Shown here piece after piece: positions 1-17,444 of a stretch of 64,000 bases of DNA. The translations under genes and the position numbers were made by a program. Position 1 is the stretch's first letter. Each line of letters opens with the position of its first letter. The notes beneath the pieces were generated by a model. The model worked only from the letters and a program-made list of their open reading frames with translations. It made no database searches and had not been told where the DNA came from. Location: positions 12,524,001-12,588,000 of the forward strand of contig OX597832.1 of assembly GCA_951406725.2 (NCBI GenBank). The letters are read 5' to 3'. The DNA is from Octopus vulgaris. Taxonomy: Eukaryota.

Positions 1-769
1 TAGTTGCTTTTAAATCTATCTACTTTCACTTTGACATGCAAAGGAAATTTTATGGAAGTTAGTGGAAGGCGTTTTTGTGCATAAAACATTTACATGCTTG
101 ATGTCAACATTGAGGGTAACTATCATCAAGCTACATATCTCATTACAATATATCACATAAGAGTATCGTTTGGTGTCAATATTCAAGTAGGAGACAGATG
201 CATCAATATCAATGTAATGCTACAGACCCCTGGTTACTGAGTACCCATTTACAAAATCTGACATATTATTAAGGACGAAACCGGTCTTTCTGAGAAGACA
301 GGGTCTAGAGATGCACGTAAACAAATTCTGGAATAATTTTGATTTTAAGTCATTTGAATTACGCCTAACAACAACACCAACAATATCAACATACGAAAAG
401 CATTATATTCCTTTTCAGAATGTTGAACCAAAAATTCTCCTGTCCATGTAGCTGTTCATAATACAGTATATGAAAAGTATATCAAATTAACAAAGACTGC
501 TTCAAGTGTTATAGGAAATATGATGTGTAGCCATATTTGCAACATTTGTAGCTCATATAATACTTTATATAAGAAAACCAAGCAGCCTGGGCTTAATTTC
601 TAGGATTCTTACAAAGGCCCCAAAAATAATAGTAATAACAAGATGATATAAGTTTCACATAAGAAAACGCCATTGAAGCTATGCTCAATTATTGAATAAG
701 TGAATAACCAAAAAAAAAATGAGATTTTGACCTGTGATACGAGATTTACTCTGTATCTCTCTCTTTCTC

Positions 770-803
<34 letters not shown>

Positions 804-854
804 GAGCTAAGGTATTCAAATGTAGTTTAACTACCTTTGCAAATTCTGTGTATA

Positions 855-1251
855 TCTACGTATATAAAAGAGAGGTTGTGAGCTTTCTGTCTCCTACGAT
901 TTAGATTCCTAACTACTCCCACATTTTGCGGTGCAGTTTAACCAAAACCGGGTATCTCATAATCGTGATTCATATCGAGCCCTTCTGGGTATTAGCGCGC
1001 GTCTACGATGAGTCTACGATTAAAAAAAAATAATTACCATCAATTTTCCCCATTTTTGATGCATTTTTGGCATATATAAGTGAAGTAACTCTCTAAAAAT
1101 TTATTATTAAATCTCAGAACGTAAAAAGCTACAGTAACACCCTCCCTTTGTGGTTAGCCATATTGAGATGGCTATTATACTTTACATCTCTAAAAATGCT
1201 TATATAGTTACTTCCCTTACAAACCCGAGCAACGCCGGGCGATACTGCTAG
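855..1251 (+). mobile_element. Non-autonomous Helitron (complete, ~400 bp)
   Basis: Begins a|TCTACGTATATAAAAG (5' TC after A). Ends with GC-rich hairpin CCCGAGCAACGCCGGG followed 8 nt later by CTAG|t. No TSD, as expected for Helitrons. The internal part recurs inverted at 57265-57477. Confidence 0.8.
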
Positions 1252-1715
1252 TCTACATATATACTTCTTTACTATATAGGAATTATAGGAACAGATAGAG
1301 AGAAAATAAATTCGAGAGAGTGATACATAAGACGTACAAAACATATATATAAAGCATAAAATTCGCTACTGTCTCTAGGGTTTTGTCAACGAAATTGTAG
1401 AATATATACAAAACTATATCGTTACGATTGTCAGTAATTTATGAAACAAGATTTCAATAACGGACTATACAGAAACTTTATAAAACTGTCTAACTCTATT
1501 TTGAGGTAATATACAAGTACATATATATGTCTGAATTGTATTTTAATTTTATTTTTCCGTATACAAGCAGCGTTCTTTTCGATGGGAAGACACACACGCA
1601 TTCACACACACACACAGGTACACACACATCAATTCCGATACACACACGAAGTCACGTATATATCCCTATACATATGTATCTATCACTCTCTCCTTGTCTT
1701 TCTCCCCTTATATGC

Positions 1716-1716
<1 letters not shown>

Positions 1717-1810
<94 letters not shown>

Positions 1811-2091
1811 GTATGTATATATATATGTATGTATGTATATATATATGTATGTATATGTACGTATGTATATATATATATATATATATGTATGTATATATAT
1901 ATATATATGTATATATATATGTATGAATATATATATAAGTATGTATATATATATATGTATGTATATATGTATATATATATACATACATATGTATATGTAT
2001 AGATATATATATATATATGTATATATATATATCTGTATATATGTATGTATGTATATATATATATGTATATATATATATATGTATATATATG

Positions 2092-2122
<31 letters not shown>

Positions 2123-2143
2123 GTATGTATATATGTATGTATG

Positions 2144-2217
<74 letters not shown>

Positions 2218-2589
2218 TGTATATATGTACGTATATATATATGTATGTATGCATATATATATATATATATGTATGCATGTATATATATGTATATATATGT
2301 ATGCATGTATATATATGTATGTATATGTATGCATGTATATATATATGTATATATATGTACGTATGTATATATATGTATATATATGTATGTATATATATAT
2401 ATATATATATGTATGTATATATATATATGTATATATATGTATGTATGTATATATATACGTATGTATGTATGTATATATGTATGTATGTATATATATATAT
2501 GTATATATATATGTATGTATATATATGTATATATATATATGTATAGACATGTGTGTGTATATATATATATGTATGTATATATATGTGTA

Positions 2590-2635
<46 letters not shown>
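1717..2635. repeat. Degenerate (TA)n/(TATG)n compound microsatellite, ~0.9 kb
   Basis: Continuous TA/TATG/TGCA units; source of the many YI/MYV-rich spurious ORFs. Confidence 0.95.
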
Positions 2636-2638
<3 letters not shown>

Positions 2639-3392
2639 GCAAATACATAATAGATTTATGAATTATTGCAACTTATTTTGATTTTTTTTTCTCCTATAAA
2701 ATATAGCAGATAAATTGTTAACAATATACAGAAGAAAACGAATGGACACATCTACTTAGAAAAGAACTAAAACCAAAAGCACTAATAAATAAATAAATAA
2801 ATAAATAAGTAGAAAGCGTTAGCAAGAACAACAACAGGACGAAGAATATTGAACAGAAATATTTATACCTAATGAATGCTCTTCAGAAATATACAAAGAA
2901 CAAATACTAAATATGTAAGAAAATATTTTTTTCAGTTCGAAATTGTACAACCAGTTAATCATAGTTCTTTTGTACATCGAATATTATATATATATTTTTT
3001 TCTTTGACTTTGCTATGCTGGAATGTCGATCGTTTAGACTTGGTAGGAGTACAAATTTGAAGTCACGACCTAGCTAATGTAACTATCAAGTTACATCTAA
3101 TATATTGCTTTCAATTACTTTACTCTCAGACATTTTGTTTGCTTCTTATGTTCTTACTCTCCTCTGAGATAGGGAGACCTTTCGACCTTTGCTTTTTTAT
3201 ATGTAAACGCATATCATAATGATAGAGACGGACAGAATCACTCCTAAACCGAATCGCATGCACAGCATGCAGTAATCCATAGATACGCATAAAGCCATAT
3301 GCATGTATACAAAACACAGACACACACTCATACACACGTACACACATATATACATATATATGTATATATACATATCTATACACAGGCATGTA

Positions 3393-3424
<32 letters not shown>

Positions 3425-3470
3425 GAATATACAAGTATGCATACTCACATAATATATATAATATATATGC

Positions 3471-3511
<41 letters not shown>

Positions 3512-3977
3512 GTACACATACACACATATATATCAGAAGAGAATATTAAATTCACATATAAATTTGGGGTCTAATATCTGTATATGTTATAATATACCAA
3601 GCATACACAGGACTACATATCCATGCACAAACGTATTGAATCAATGTACGTACAATATATATAACATATAGGGACACGGGCAGAAACAGATATATAGAAT
3701 CTAAAAACCGCAGCTGTCTATATACGTGTATATAAATATATAGAGAAAATGCATATACACAATGAAAACATATACGCAAACGTATATGAACACATATAAT
3801 TATACATCAATATATACAGGCACATATATTCACTGCCAGTTGCAAACATACGTTTAAAATCCCTATATGTGTGAGTGTGCATGCGATTCTACATTTATAA
3901 ATGAATATATAGGTATACACATACATTTAACACTACCCAGGAAGAAACACGTATACAGGCATATATATATACATATA

Positions 3978-4209
3978 AGGTGGCGAGCTGGCAGAATCGT
4001 TAACACACCGGCGAAATGCTTAGTGGTATTTCGTCAGCCACTACCTTATGAGTTCAAATTCCCCCAAGGTTGACTTTGCCTTCCATCCATTTCGGGGTTG
4101 GATTGAATAAGTACCATTTGCGTACTGGGGTCGATGTAATCGACTTAATCCATTTCTTTGTCCTTGTTTGTCCCTTCTATGTTTAGCCTCCTGTGGGCAA
4201 TAAAGAAAT
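3978..4209 (+). mobile_element. tRNA-derived SINE, family A (Meta-domain-like core)
   Basis: Head GGTGGCGAGCTGGCAGAATCG, B-box-like GAGTTCAAATTCC, core GACTTTGCCTTCCATCC...GGGGT...AAGTACC, tail TTTGTCCCTTCTATGTTTAGCC...CAATAAAGAAA. Many diverged copies in the window. Confidence 0.85.
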
Positions 4210-4263
4210 ATATATATATATGCGGATATGTATAAGTACATCTGGGTACATGCACACATACAC

Positions 4264-4683
<420 letters not shown>

Positions 4684-5109
4684 CATATAAATATATCAGT
4701 GTATGTATATATTTATACATTTATGTATGTAATTGTGTATGTATATATACACATGCTTATTGCAATACGTATGAAACGATGTCGAAGTCTGTGTGTATTC
4801 CTATTTAAACACCACAGTGATTTTCAAGATGATTTACTTTTGCTTCTATAATATATATTTTCCTTGGTTTGCTAGCTTAGAAATCGACATTTTGTTTTAT
4901 TATATCTGCCAAACTGAATAACACATTAATATAAATAAATAAAAAATATTTAAAGTATGTATAGATAAATAAAATCCCCCAAAAAACAAAAAATAGATAT
5001 AAAAAAAAGAATGGTATCTTTCTTCTGCAAACTTTATTATTAACTCCGCTGAACATAAATGATTGAAGATAGAAGCATTAAATTCAATTATTTGTGCATG
5101 TAAATTGTA

Positions 5110-5716
<607 letters not shown>

Positions 5717-6703
5717 AATCATGCATACATAAATACATACATGTATACACACTATATATTTATATGTATGTATGAATGTATGAATCAATTTATGTAAGGG
5801 TGTATATATATGTTTGTGTCTGTGTACGTGTGTAACCGTGTGTGTGTGTTTTCGTACAATTTAAACACACATAAGAATATATATCATTTTTATACATAAT
5901 TGTGAACGAATTCTTCCAGGAATATACACACTTACGTACATAAATTCAAAATGGTACCCAAGTGTACAGATAACGATACTTGAAAACTTAAACTATAACA
6001 TGTGCTTGTACGTATGTATGCATTCCCTTTTGTGAAATCATCCACACACAAACACACATATATCATTCAGTGCTTACTGAACGAAAGCAATTTTTGTGGC
6101 GGGAGAACTTGCCATTCGTTGCTTCCATTGTATCGATTTTTGCTCGATTCCATAATCTTTTACGAAAGAAACGTCTTTGAACCCAGATTTTGAAGGAGGA
6201 ACATTCGTAAATTGAAATTATATTCTAGTGAATAACGACCGAGTTTTACGACGTGCAGTAATGACGTTGAAATTAGGCCAAAGTCAAAATATTTTGAAGC
6301 AAAATATAGATTTTTTCATGTAGTCGTCCCAAGTTTCAAGCAACATTTTGTTGTATCTGCGTAAAAAAATATGAGGGTGGTAGTAGAGACACGGTTATTT
6401 GAAGTGTAAACGAAATGTTACTCGTTTCAGAAATTAAATTTTGCAATGCATTTGATCCAACATTTTTAAGCCTCGCTAATTAACGGAGAGATATTAACAC
6501 GTCTTTGCTGTGAGATACATTGAATTCAATCATAAAGCCGAGGTTAAGCTCGTACAGGTTTATATGTGTAAGTGGGAATGAAAAACTGCATGTACGCATC
6601 TATGTACGGGTGTACGTTTCTACTTATGAGCATATATATAGGCTTACACATACATATAAATTTATATATATATATACATTAATGTAGGAGAAACATGTGT
6701 GCG

Positions 6704-6888
6704 GTAGTAGTAGTAGTCGTAGTAGTCGTAGTAGTAGTATTAATAGTAGTAATAGTAGTAGTAGTGGTGGTGGTGGTAGTTGTTTTGGTTGTTGGTGGTG
6801 GTGGTAGTAGTTGTGGTGGTGGTGGTGGTGGTAGTAGTGGTGTTGGTGGTGGTGTTGTGGTGGTGGTGGTGGTGGTGGGTGGTGGTTA

Positions 6889-6921
<33 letters not shown>

Positions 6922-6945
6922 GCGGTCGTAGTAGTAGTGGTAGAA
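6704..6945. repeat. (GTA)n/(GGT)n trinucleotide tract
   Basis: Directly visible. Confidence 0.9.
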
Positions 6946-8860
6946 GAAGAAAAATACGTGTGTTCCTGTGCGTAGGTGTGGATAAGTCAATGTGTTTATG
7001 TGTTTCATTTTGCGCTTAAATGTTTGCCTCTGCTTGCACACCAGAGTGCTCACGTAAGATAAAAAAAAATATGTCTGTAATCTGATAGATAGATTGAGAG
7101 TCTTCTGAGATATTTACATTTAACTGAATGTTAATTTAATGTGGTTTCAGAAACGCCTATCTTTTTACTAATAAGTTTTATAAAATATGATAAATTCGTA
7201 AGCCGTGAATTGAGGTTGGTTATGAACATTTCCGGCATTCTATGAATATATTCATGGCATATTCATCATAACTATTTTGCTTGGATTCTGGTGGTAATTT
7301 CTTTTTCGAATTCATTTCCTTATATGACTTCTATAAGCACCTTCCATATATTTGAATGAATGTTGTTTGGGATAGTCTCCCACATCACACTTTCTAAGTC
7401 GAGGTTGAAGACATATAATGTTTTCGTATTTCGTCACGTTGATGGTATTTTTAAAGGGAGTAGCAGCATGAATGAAAAGAATGAAATACAACCGGAAATT
7501 GAATTCAAGTCGCGGACTGGGATCACAGGGAAGCATTATCCAACTCAATATATAGCTGCTTTCGGAGGGAAATAAACCTAAAATAATCAGTACGAAGAAG
7601 AGAATTTTTCTTTACCCCCTTTCTTTTTTTTTAATCGCATATCGTTTTCTCCAGTTTAGTGAATGTTATTTCTAGCCCCTATTCAACACCTAGAAATAAC
7701 ATTATCAGGTTTTCATATCTAGTGATTTGATACCCTGACATCAAGTGTAGCTGGAATGAAATTAGGAGTGGTAATGTAATCAAATATATGTGCGTTTGTG
7801 ATTTTATATGTATGTATTTTATACATGTATATATGTATATGCGTGTCTGTTTGTGTGTATTTGTGTGGTAACCTTTTTCAGGGTTGAATGTAGTGAAGAA
7901 TAAGTTCGAATTACCCCTGTTCTCCTTAGAGCTAAGGATGACCTGTTGGTACAAGTGATAGAATAATATACTTACATGCTTTTAATAAAGTGTATTACGA
8001 ATATTGGCCTCGTGCTCTGTCAAACGATAGTTATATTTATACGAATGTATTTACCTACGTTTTAGTGAAAATATGACCGCAAACGGTTTGAGTTAGTCAA
8101 CTAATACACACAGATTGATGTTATCGAATATATTGTAGGCAATGTGTTGAAATATAAATGAAACACTGCACTGAATGTTAACTGTAGCAAAATGTTAAAA
8201 GAAATTTTCTGTCCTTTGATTGAGAACGAACCTTTACAATGACTGTTACTTATCTTAACAACGACAATGAAATGAAAGTCAGCGGTAACCGCGTTGCGAT
8301 AGTTTCACTGATAACGCACTGAGAGAAATCTAATTACCGTACAGATCTTATGTGTAGTGCTCTAGAATTTCTTCCACTTCATCGCTATCAATCAAGACAA
8401 TAATAATTCTAACTATAGCACTAGCAAAGAACAAAACAAAAAATATATGAATAAGTTTGACAACATTATTAATATAGGTACTTATTGCAGTACTTTAAGT
8501 ATAAATGCGTACGTTTGAACCATTTCAGAATTCATAAGACCAAACGATTATACGTAATACCTGTTAGACCTGAAGGCTAACATTTGACATTGACAAATAC
8601 GAAAAAGCTGCAAAAATGAGATTTTCTTCCAGCACTGTATGAATGAGAATTGTTCAGCTAATCACGCCATATGCCATATCAGCGTCGCACGCAGATTGGA
8701 AAAAAGACATAAATAATCATAAGATAAGTACAAGATAACAAAAGCAATATTATACTGGTTTTGATTGATGTAGCCGGAGGCGCATATTTGTTATGGGTTA
8801 GCATAATAGTTTCAACTAGTTAATTGATATTGATAAATACAAACACAGTTATATATACAC

Positions 8861-8909
<49 letters not shown>

Positions 8910-9781
8910 TACGTGTACACAAATTTATTATCAGAAACGATAGTAACACACACGTGTCTCTAGTACATTTCCTTGGATACTGACTGAAAGAATTACAGTA
9001 CACACAGTACATTATGTAAGTAAATTGATTACGAGGCGCTTGATAGTCTTTCTAAAACAAATAAAAAGTTCGTGATACATCGAAGTCACCTGATAAGAAT
9101 ATTCATATATTAATGTAACTGGGAAGTGTTTTTCGGTTTACATTAGCCCTCAGAAAATATGGAAAACCGAGATAATTGTCGAAGTTGCTTTTCTAATTTA
9201 ATATTTTTAGTATCCTATACTATTATGATTCACATATATCTGAAGCAGAACATTTTAAAGCAGAATTTATTGGCTTACATACAAAAAATGTATTTCATAT
9301 TCATAATAAATCTGGCAAATTCTGCAATTTATTATATAGCTGTATATAGCTGCTTTAACATATAGCAAATATTGGTCACAACGTTCTAGATATTTCCTCA
9401 AGATCTGAGTTACTCAAGCAAAGAGACCCACCCCTGTCCCCACTTAAGAATATGCCATCTCTCGCAATAACTTCTTGGAAGTATATCAAATCAAGTTTCG
9501 CTATGCTGGATATATCTTTCCTTTCGCTTACATGAGAAATTTATTAATTGAATACAAAAATAAGCACAAATCACACACACACCCACACCCACACACACAC
9601 ACATACACACAATCTCTCTCACACACATACACACACGCATATATATAAATATATACAATCATGCGCACACGTACATACACACATATATTTACATAAATTT
9701 ATATATGCGTATGTATATATATATATATATGTGTATATACACTCACATATATATATATATATGAATGTATATACACTCACA

Positions 9782-9831
<50 letters not shown>

Positions 9832-9850
9832 CATACGTTTAAATAGATGT

Positions 9851-9946
<96 letters not shown>

Positions 9947-10641
9947 GTACGTATGACACACACACTTACAATCCTATATCTGTGGATATATGTATGTGCA
10001 ATATTATGTTTTATATTTATATCGTAAAGAGATATTTAGCTCCATCAGTTTGAATTGACTTGTTTATTATCCCCTATCTATTTGGGGTAATATATATGTA
10101 GCTTATTGCATAAATATCTTGTTATAGATCATTGGATTATACTTACCACAGAACATCCGCTTTCTTTAATATTGTTGCTACACCATATCGCTTAATATAT
10201 ATACTCCTTAGTTACCAATATTGGTTTAGATATTTATTCGTTCTATTATACATAGTAAAACTCAAATTCTCTTCCAAAGTTATTACTTTCGAAATATTGT
10301 AAATATTCATGCAGATTAGTTATATCCTTATCTTCCTTTAAGAAAAAAGTGGGACGAGTTTAATCGAGAGAGATATAAATATGTGAATTATTAACAATAT
10401 TATTTTGTAGTTATATAAATATCATTGGCCTTCGAAAGTTTTTGACCAAGGATATCCATTTCCTTTTCCAAGAGCACAAGACTTTACTGATAGTTTTAGC
10501 ATAATAATGAACCACATGGAGGTGTATATTGTAGTATAAGAGCATCAATGTTTATGTACTTCTCGAAGTGACATCAGAGATAAGGGCTCTTTAGTGAACT
10601 GCCGTCAAAGAACACACGCAACACAATATATATTGTTGCCG

Positions 10642-11097
<456 letters not shown>

Positions 11098-11756
11098 ACA
11101 TTCTAACTTGTGGACAAAGTAGTATTATGTCTCATAACATAAAACGTAACATACATACTAACAGATATCTTTGTACAATGCTACACCGAATATTCTAACT
11201 GTTTGATCATCTGAACAACGTACATAGAGAATTATAGAGTATATGTTTGACGTTCTCCGGAAAATTGCCTTGTTAAGCTAATTCCCTGACAACATCAATA
11301 TAATATGCTTAGAGTCTATCCGACGCCCTAGGACTGCCCCAGTTTGTCCCACGGTAGAATCGAACTGCAGATTTTGAAAAATAGTTTGGCATAATTATGT
11401 AGGTTAATGGGTTTTTCGATTCGTATTGTCGCACCTTTTATATGTGAATGTTCTTTATATTGCTACACGAACATGTGATTAATCAGTTTTTAATTAGTAA
11501 CGTAAAAAATCAATGCTTGATACAGCGATCCAATATGCGATTCCAGTTTCTTGCTAATAACTATTTTTCTAGCTTCTCAAATGAATGCATTCCAAGCCGT
11601 ATGATGGTCGACTCTTGCAAACAGTCCCCCGTTGCAGTTGAGTGAAATAACAGCGAAATCTCGCTCAAAATATTTATTGATATTCTAAAAAATGGTATCA
11701 GGCATTTCAGTCAGAGATTCAGTATTCTAGAAAGAAAGATCGGATAGTCAATACTT

Positions 11757-11841
<85 letters not shown>

Positions 11842-11848
11842 TGTGTGT

Positions 11849-11888
<40 letters not shown>

Positions 11889-12389
11889 TAAGTATGCACA
11901 TTTTGTATTGACCTAAAACAAAAATCGATAACAATGTAACCACGACCACGAGCGTTATCAATATCAAAATCGACAGCAGCAGAAATAATGTATGGTCCCG
12001 TTAAGCCTCGCAAAATAAAACATTCGCGCGTTTGCTCCATACGAATCATTCAATAGAGCATAGTAATGAATAGCAAGTGTTTTGTTTAGTGATACTATAT
12101 CATCAACACTCATAGAGATTGTTAGTTGAACCTTCATTCTATCACTTACAATCTATAACGATATCAAATCCGTTTATTTGGTACAGTCATTTTGCCAATA
12201 TATTGTATATATGTCTTCACTCAAAGACAAACATTTGGCAAATTTTTCATAACGAAATATTCATTGTATAATCAGGCAGATTTCGTATCAGCAATAGATG
12301 AATATATTTGGTTAAAGGATTATCTTTAGCATAAAAAGAAAAAAAGAAATGAACCAATAAAAACAATGCAGTATTTCGTGAACAAGTGA

Positions 12390-12580
12390 GGGCGCTTCTT
12401 CGTGTTCGGTTGACCTAATATATAGCATATCAACCACAGTCTTTCACCTCACAATGTTGTATATAAAGACAGGACCACCAAATGAAGTCGACGTAGATAT
12501 CAATAACGACGTATCGTAACAGTTGGAACGCTTTTGATCATAAGTTTGCCCAATCAGATTTGGTCTCAGGTTAAATAATA
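12390..12580 (+). repeat. Decayed interspersed repeat (SINE/LINE tail-like), weakly related to 11600-11700, 23200-23400 and 40610-40730
   Basis: Shared degenerate blocks (GGTTGACC..AATAGCA.., GGAA(C/T)GC.TTTGATCATA..CAATCAG..GGTTAAA); by-eye similarity only. Confidence 0.35.
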
Positions 12581-14871
12581 ATATTTAATGAGATAGCTTA
12601 TTGTTTTAATCAGTCTCTCTCTAATTCTCCATTTCTCTCTCTCTCTCTCTATCTCCCTCTCACACACACTCCCACTGTTATTTATCGTTGCAACACCTCT
12701 AAATACGAAGAGCTAGAGAAATGTTGCAAAGACAGATTACGCTATTGATCGTATTGATTAATTTAATGCTTGTTGGAACGGATAGGAATGCGAGAATGCT
12801 CTATCGGGTGGACATGAATCGAATTATTAAAATGGCAATATTCCAGGTAGTGAAATCATCAAAATCAATGCTGTAATTTCGAAATATTTTGTGGAAACAT
12901 TTTATTTTATTGACGGTGGATGTATAGAATTTGAACGTGTCTATGGTTATAAAGTTATAATGGCATAAAATGAGGGAATTTGTTAAAATATTGCAAGGAA
13001 AACCTCTATGTGATTCTTCAACCGGGAAGTACACCGCTTTAATTAATGACGATGTTTCATACATTTAATTACCCCTTCGGATGCTAAGCTAATTGATGTT
13101 TACGAATTTTATAACGTATAAGGATCCAATAGATTTTCTAAGTAACATTTGTAATTTTTTTAAATATTGGTGCGAATAAAGTGTGCATGTATGTATGCAT
13201 ATGCATGTATGTGCATGTTTGTATATATGTGTATGTTTGTATACATATCTATGTACATATTTGTTCGTATATATGGAGATTAGTATGTATATGTATGTGT
13301 GTAAGTATGGATGTTTCTCTTCTGTTTTTAATTATTTAAATTCTTCCTATGAGGAAGGATCTGGTTCCTAACAAAAGTACATAGGTTTATTTTTTGAAAG
13401 TAGATGACGAAAACAACGTCACATTTTAAGATGGAGAAGCGCTTTGCATATTACTACTGCTCCGCTTACATATTTGCAATAGTTTTGTCTGAAATGTATA
13501 GGGCATAATTGTTATGCAGATTTGACTTTCCCATATTTCTCCTCTACAATTAATAGTGGATCAATGTACTCATCAATTTCTAAATTTTGTCGTATTTTTC
13601 ACTTGATTTTCTACCCGCATTCTACTCAATGAAGATTCAAAGGGGCTAAAGTTATATACATACGATATAACCAACGCAGTCAGTTAACTCATTCTAGCAC
13701 TCATGATAACTTCATCGATTTGGCATCTAACATAAATACTTTATACTAGTTAAGGAGCAGATGATATTGTTCCAACATTGCGATTAATTAGTGAATCTAC
13801 AAAATATGTGATGATACTAATGATATACGCAATAAGTTCCTAATATTTTGAAATTTTCTGCGCGTTGAGGCAAGAAATCTAAAACAGAGCTGCAGTATTT
13901 AGCGACACCCAACAATCAGGAAAGACACCTTCAAATTATGAATTTCATGAGTTTTAATAGTGGCGGGTAGTCTCAATGACCCTATTCTCAGGAATCTTGG
14001 GTAATGTAAATTAAGTTACCCTATATAACAGAAGGAATTAAATGTCTCAACATGCGTGACTTAGATTTGCACTGCTTATTCGTGGTACAATTCAGCGTGC
14101 ACTAAAGAGAAACAGAAAAGGAAGGAAATCACTTGTCTTAATACTGAAATGATATATAGCCATTTTCGAAGAGGACGTAGCAGTTTTTGCATTCGGAGTA
14201 AGATACATCCCGTTTCCTTTGACAATAAAGACGCAAACCTCATTGATTGATGGTATATAGTTTCCTATTCAAATATTCAACGAGATATAAAGAAACATGT
14301 ACATACGCAGGTAATTCTAAAATGATAGGAGTACTTGTTACATCGATAAAAGGAAGGAAATAAACCGTTATTAAATGAATATCGTTTATCAGAGGTCATG
14401 TTGACCTGAAACAGCTATAATATATGGTATGATATTCTTCACAGAAAAAAAAAACAAAACAAAGCAGAACAAACAAACTAAAGAGCATTGTTTCATATCG
14501 GTTCCAATATTAATAAATGGCGTAAAAAGAACTCGAATGACATTTATATGTAGTTATATATCTTAGAAAAGAACAAAAATGCGAGTTTACTGACACACAA
14601 AAACACACACATACGTGCCCACATGTGTAGTTATGATGTTTTCACTGTGTATGTATCCATGTAGGAAGAAATTATTGCTCTTTTTAATCTCATTTAGAGG
14701 GAAAATCTAAAATATTTTATTTCGTAGGATATTTCAAAATTTCGAAATTAATTTTGGCAAATCCAACACCCATTCTTTTCAACATTCACAAAGCTACTCA
14801 TACATATTTACATACATACATACATACAGAAGTATATACATGTATACACACACACACACACACACACACAT

Positions 14872-14946
<75 letters not shown>

Positions 14947-14956
14947 AATGTATGAA

Positions 14957-15002
<46 letters not shown>

Positions 15003-15627
15003 AATATATGTATATATATATGTTTGTATATATATATATATATATATATACATGCATACATATATGTATACATATGTGTGTACACACACATGCGCCATCC
15101 CCTCCTCTCTACTCATGTATAACTCATTCATTGCAGCATAGTCAGTGTTTTAATTCTCGTTTGTAGAGGATTTGTAACGTTTGGCCATGTTCTGAAGGAA
15201 GAACAAATGTGATTTTGCTGCACTAAATGTTTTATGCTCTGTGATGCCATAATCAACCTTTCTCTCTCCATCTCCCTGTTTCCATTTCTCTTTGTCCCTC
15301 TGTTTCGCTTGCCTCCACAAATTTATTGTCTTTTCTCTACATTCAAACGCTCATACATATGTGTACTTTGGTATTTTGTATATAACATATGAGGGTGTAT
15401 GTGTGCGCATGCTTCTCTCTCTCTGTGTGCGTGTGCGAAGGCGGGGGTGTAGCGAGAGTGACAAAGAGAGGGAGGAACATAGAGAGATATTGATATTATC
15501 ATAGAAGTATATATAAAGGTTCACGCACACATATTTGTGTACAATATTTATATGCGTACTATTACACACAGAGACGCTTACGTAAATTCAGACGTACGAA
15601 CGTACCTATGTATGTATGTATCTATGC

Positions 15628-15667
<40 letters not shown>

Positions 15668-15710
15668 TTGTATCTATAACTATCTCCCTCTCTCTCTCTC
15701 TCTCTCTCTT

Positions 15711-15771
<61 letters not shown>

Positions 15772-16264
15772 ATATATATATATACAAATGAGATATTTAG
15801 TGTATAAGTGACACACGGAGTATTTATCGATTATATCAGGGTTTCTTTTTACTTAACCTTTTACATGTAGTGCTGCTCAACTTTTGTTAAATATGAGAAA
15901 ACTATTCACCAAGATATAAAAGAAAGCTAAGCAAAAACAATCACAAGAAAAACAAGTGATTGGATTGATAACAGATGCAATCGTATGATCTGAAAATAAA
16001 TTAAAGAATATTAAACATTAAAAAAAAAAAAATCTATATATTTCACACATTTTTTTTTGTTAATTTTCAAACGCGGTATATGTTAACAACTAATTTGAAT
16101 ATTCTCAAATATTTGTAATCATTGCTTTGATATTGCTTAACTTTTTCGTAAATAATTTTCACTCCATGCTGCTTGAAAAATAGATTTACTCCATTGGTTA
16201 TATTATTGTTTTCTTCGTGTTCGTGCTTTCTCTTACTTTTTTTCACAATATGTATATGTATATA

Positions 16265-16316
<52 letters not shown>

Positions 16317-17444
16317 ATATATCTATGTATATGTATGTGTATGTATATGTATATGTATGTATATATATGTATAAGTATGTATATGTATATATATATATAT
16401 ATATATTTGTATATGTATATATATATTCATATATATATAGGTTTATAAATCTATTTATATATATGTATAGATATATGTAATTATGTGTAGGCAAGTGGAT
16501 GGATAGATAGATAGATAAGTAGATAGATAGATAAAGAGAGAGAGTGAGAGAGAGAGATGTAGTTATATATGCATTTTTATATGTTTAAATACACACTCTC
16601 GGTCAGACTCACACTTACACGAATCTACACATATATCCGTGCGTATGTATTTGCAAAGAGAAACACATTTGTATTTTGCGAGTGATTATACGTGTAATTG
16701 CACGTGCCTGCACACCTACATGCACACGCACACTCGTGTGTATGCTGATATGTACGCCTATGTAATCATATGCAATTGTAGTTATGTATGTGTCTTTGCA
16801 TCACCGATAGTGCATTGAATAGAAATATTTGAAAAAAAGATCTTTATCGCGTATTTTTCATTCCGTTTCCGTTGTTCCTTAAATATATCAAGGAACTTTA
16901 GATAAAACACAAGCAGATGTTGTTTTACATATTGATTAAGCACATTGCTTTTATCTTAGCTTTCGTATCTGCCATACGATTTTCTACTCTAATTAGAACG
17001 ACATGCATATCCAAACAGTGGAACTTGATGATTACAATATTTATTTGATTACTAAGAAAAATAATAATAATAATAATAATAATATGTTAACATTAATAGC
17101 ATTATTTACATGTAATACGTTAGCCTTATTTTAATGCTAGGATGTAGGCTCCGAGTAAATGTTGACGCAGTTGGAAATTATGTAGTCTGAATAAATAGAT
17201 CTCAGTACTTCAGTGGTATATTTTCAATGAATCTTTAAATGGTGAGCGTAAAAATATTAAGGAAAAAGGATTTGCAAGTATATATACACAAATAAGTGCA
17301 CAGTGATATCAGATACAACGACAATGACAGCCGTCTTACTAATTTTAACATGTAGCTCAAAAAGCAGAGAAGAGAAAAGCTGGACGGAAATAGGGCACTC
17401 GGCCATGTTTTCACATTTTCACAAAAGTTCAGTAATTTCGTATG

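Noticed and set aside
1-660. Coding-looking stretch at the window start
   Set aside because: Stops in the frames checked and no recognisable motif; cannot be assigned.
1527-2661. Long ORFs of 200-340 aa rich in Y/I/M/C/H (also 4900-5797, 18901-19547, 50285-51055, 61594-61986 and others)
   Set aside because: They are translations of TA-based microsatellites that lack stops, are open in several frames on both strands, and have no protein-like complexity.
10141-10215. Strong minus-strand donor TG|GTAAGT
   Set aside because: No credible acceptor; the upstream frame closes within ~25 codons.
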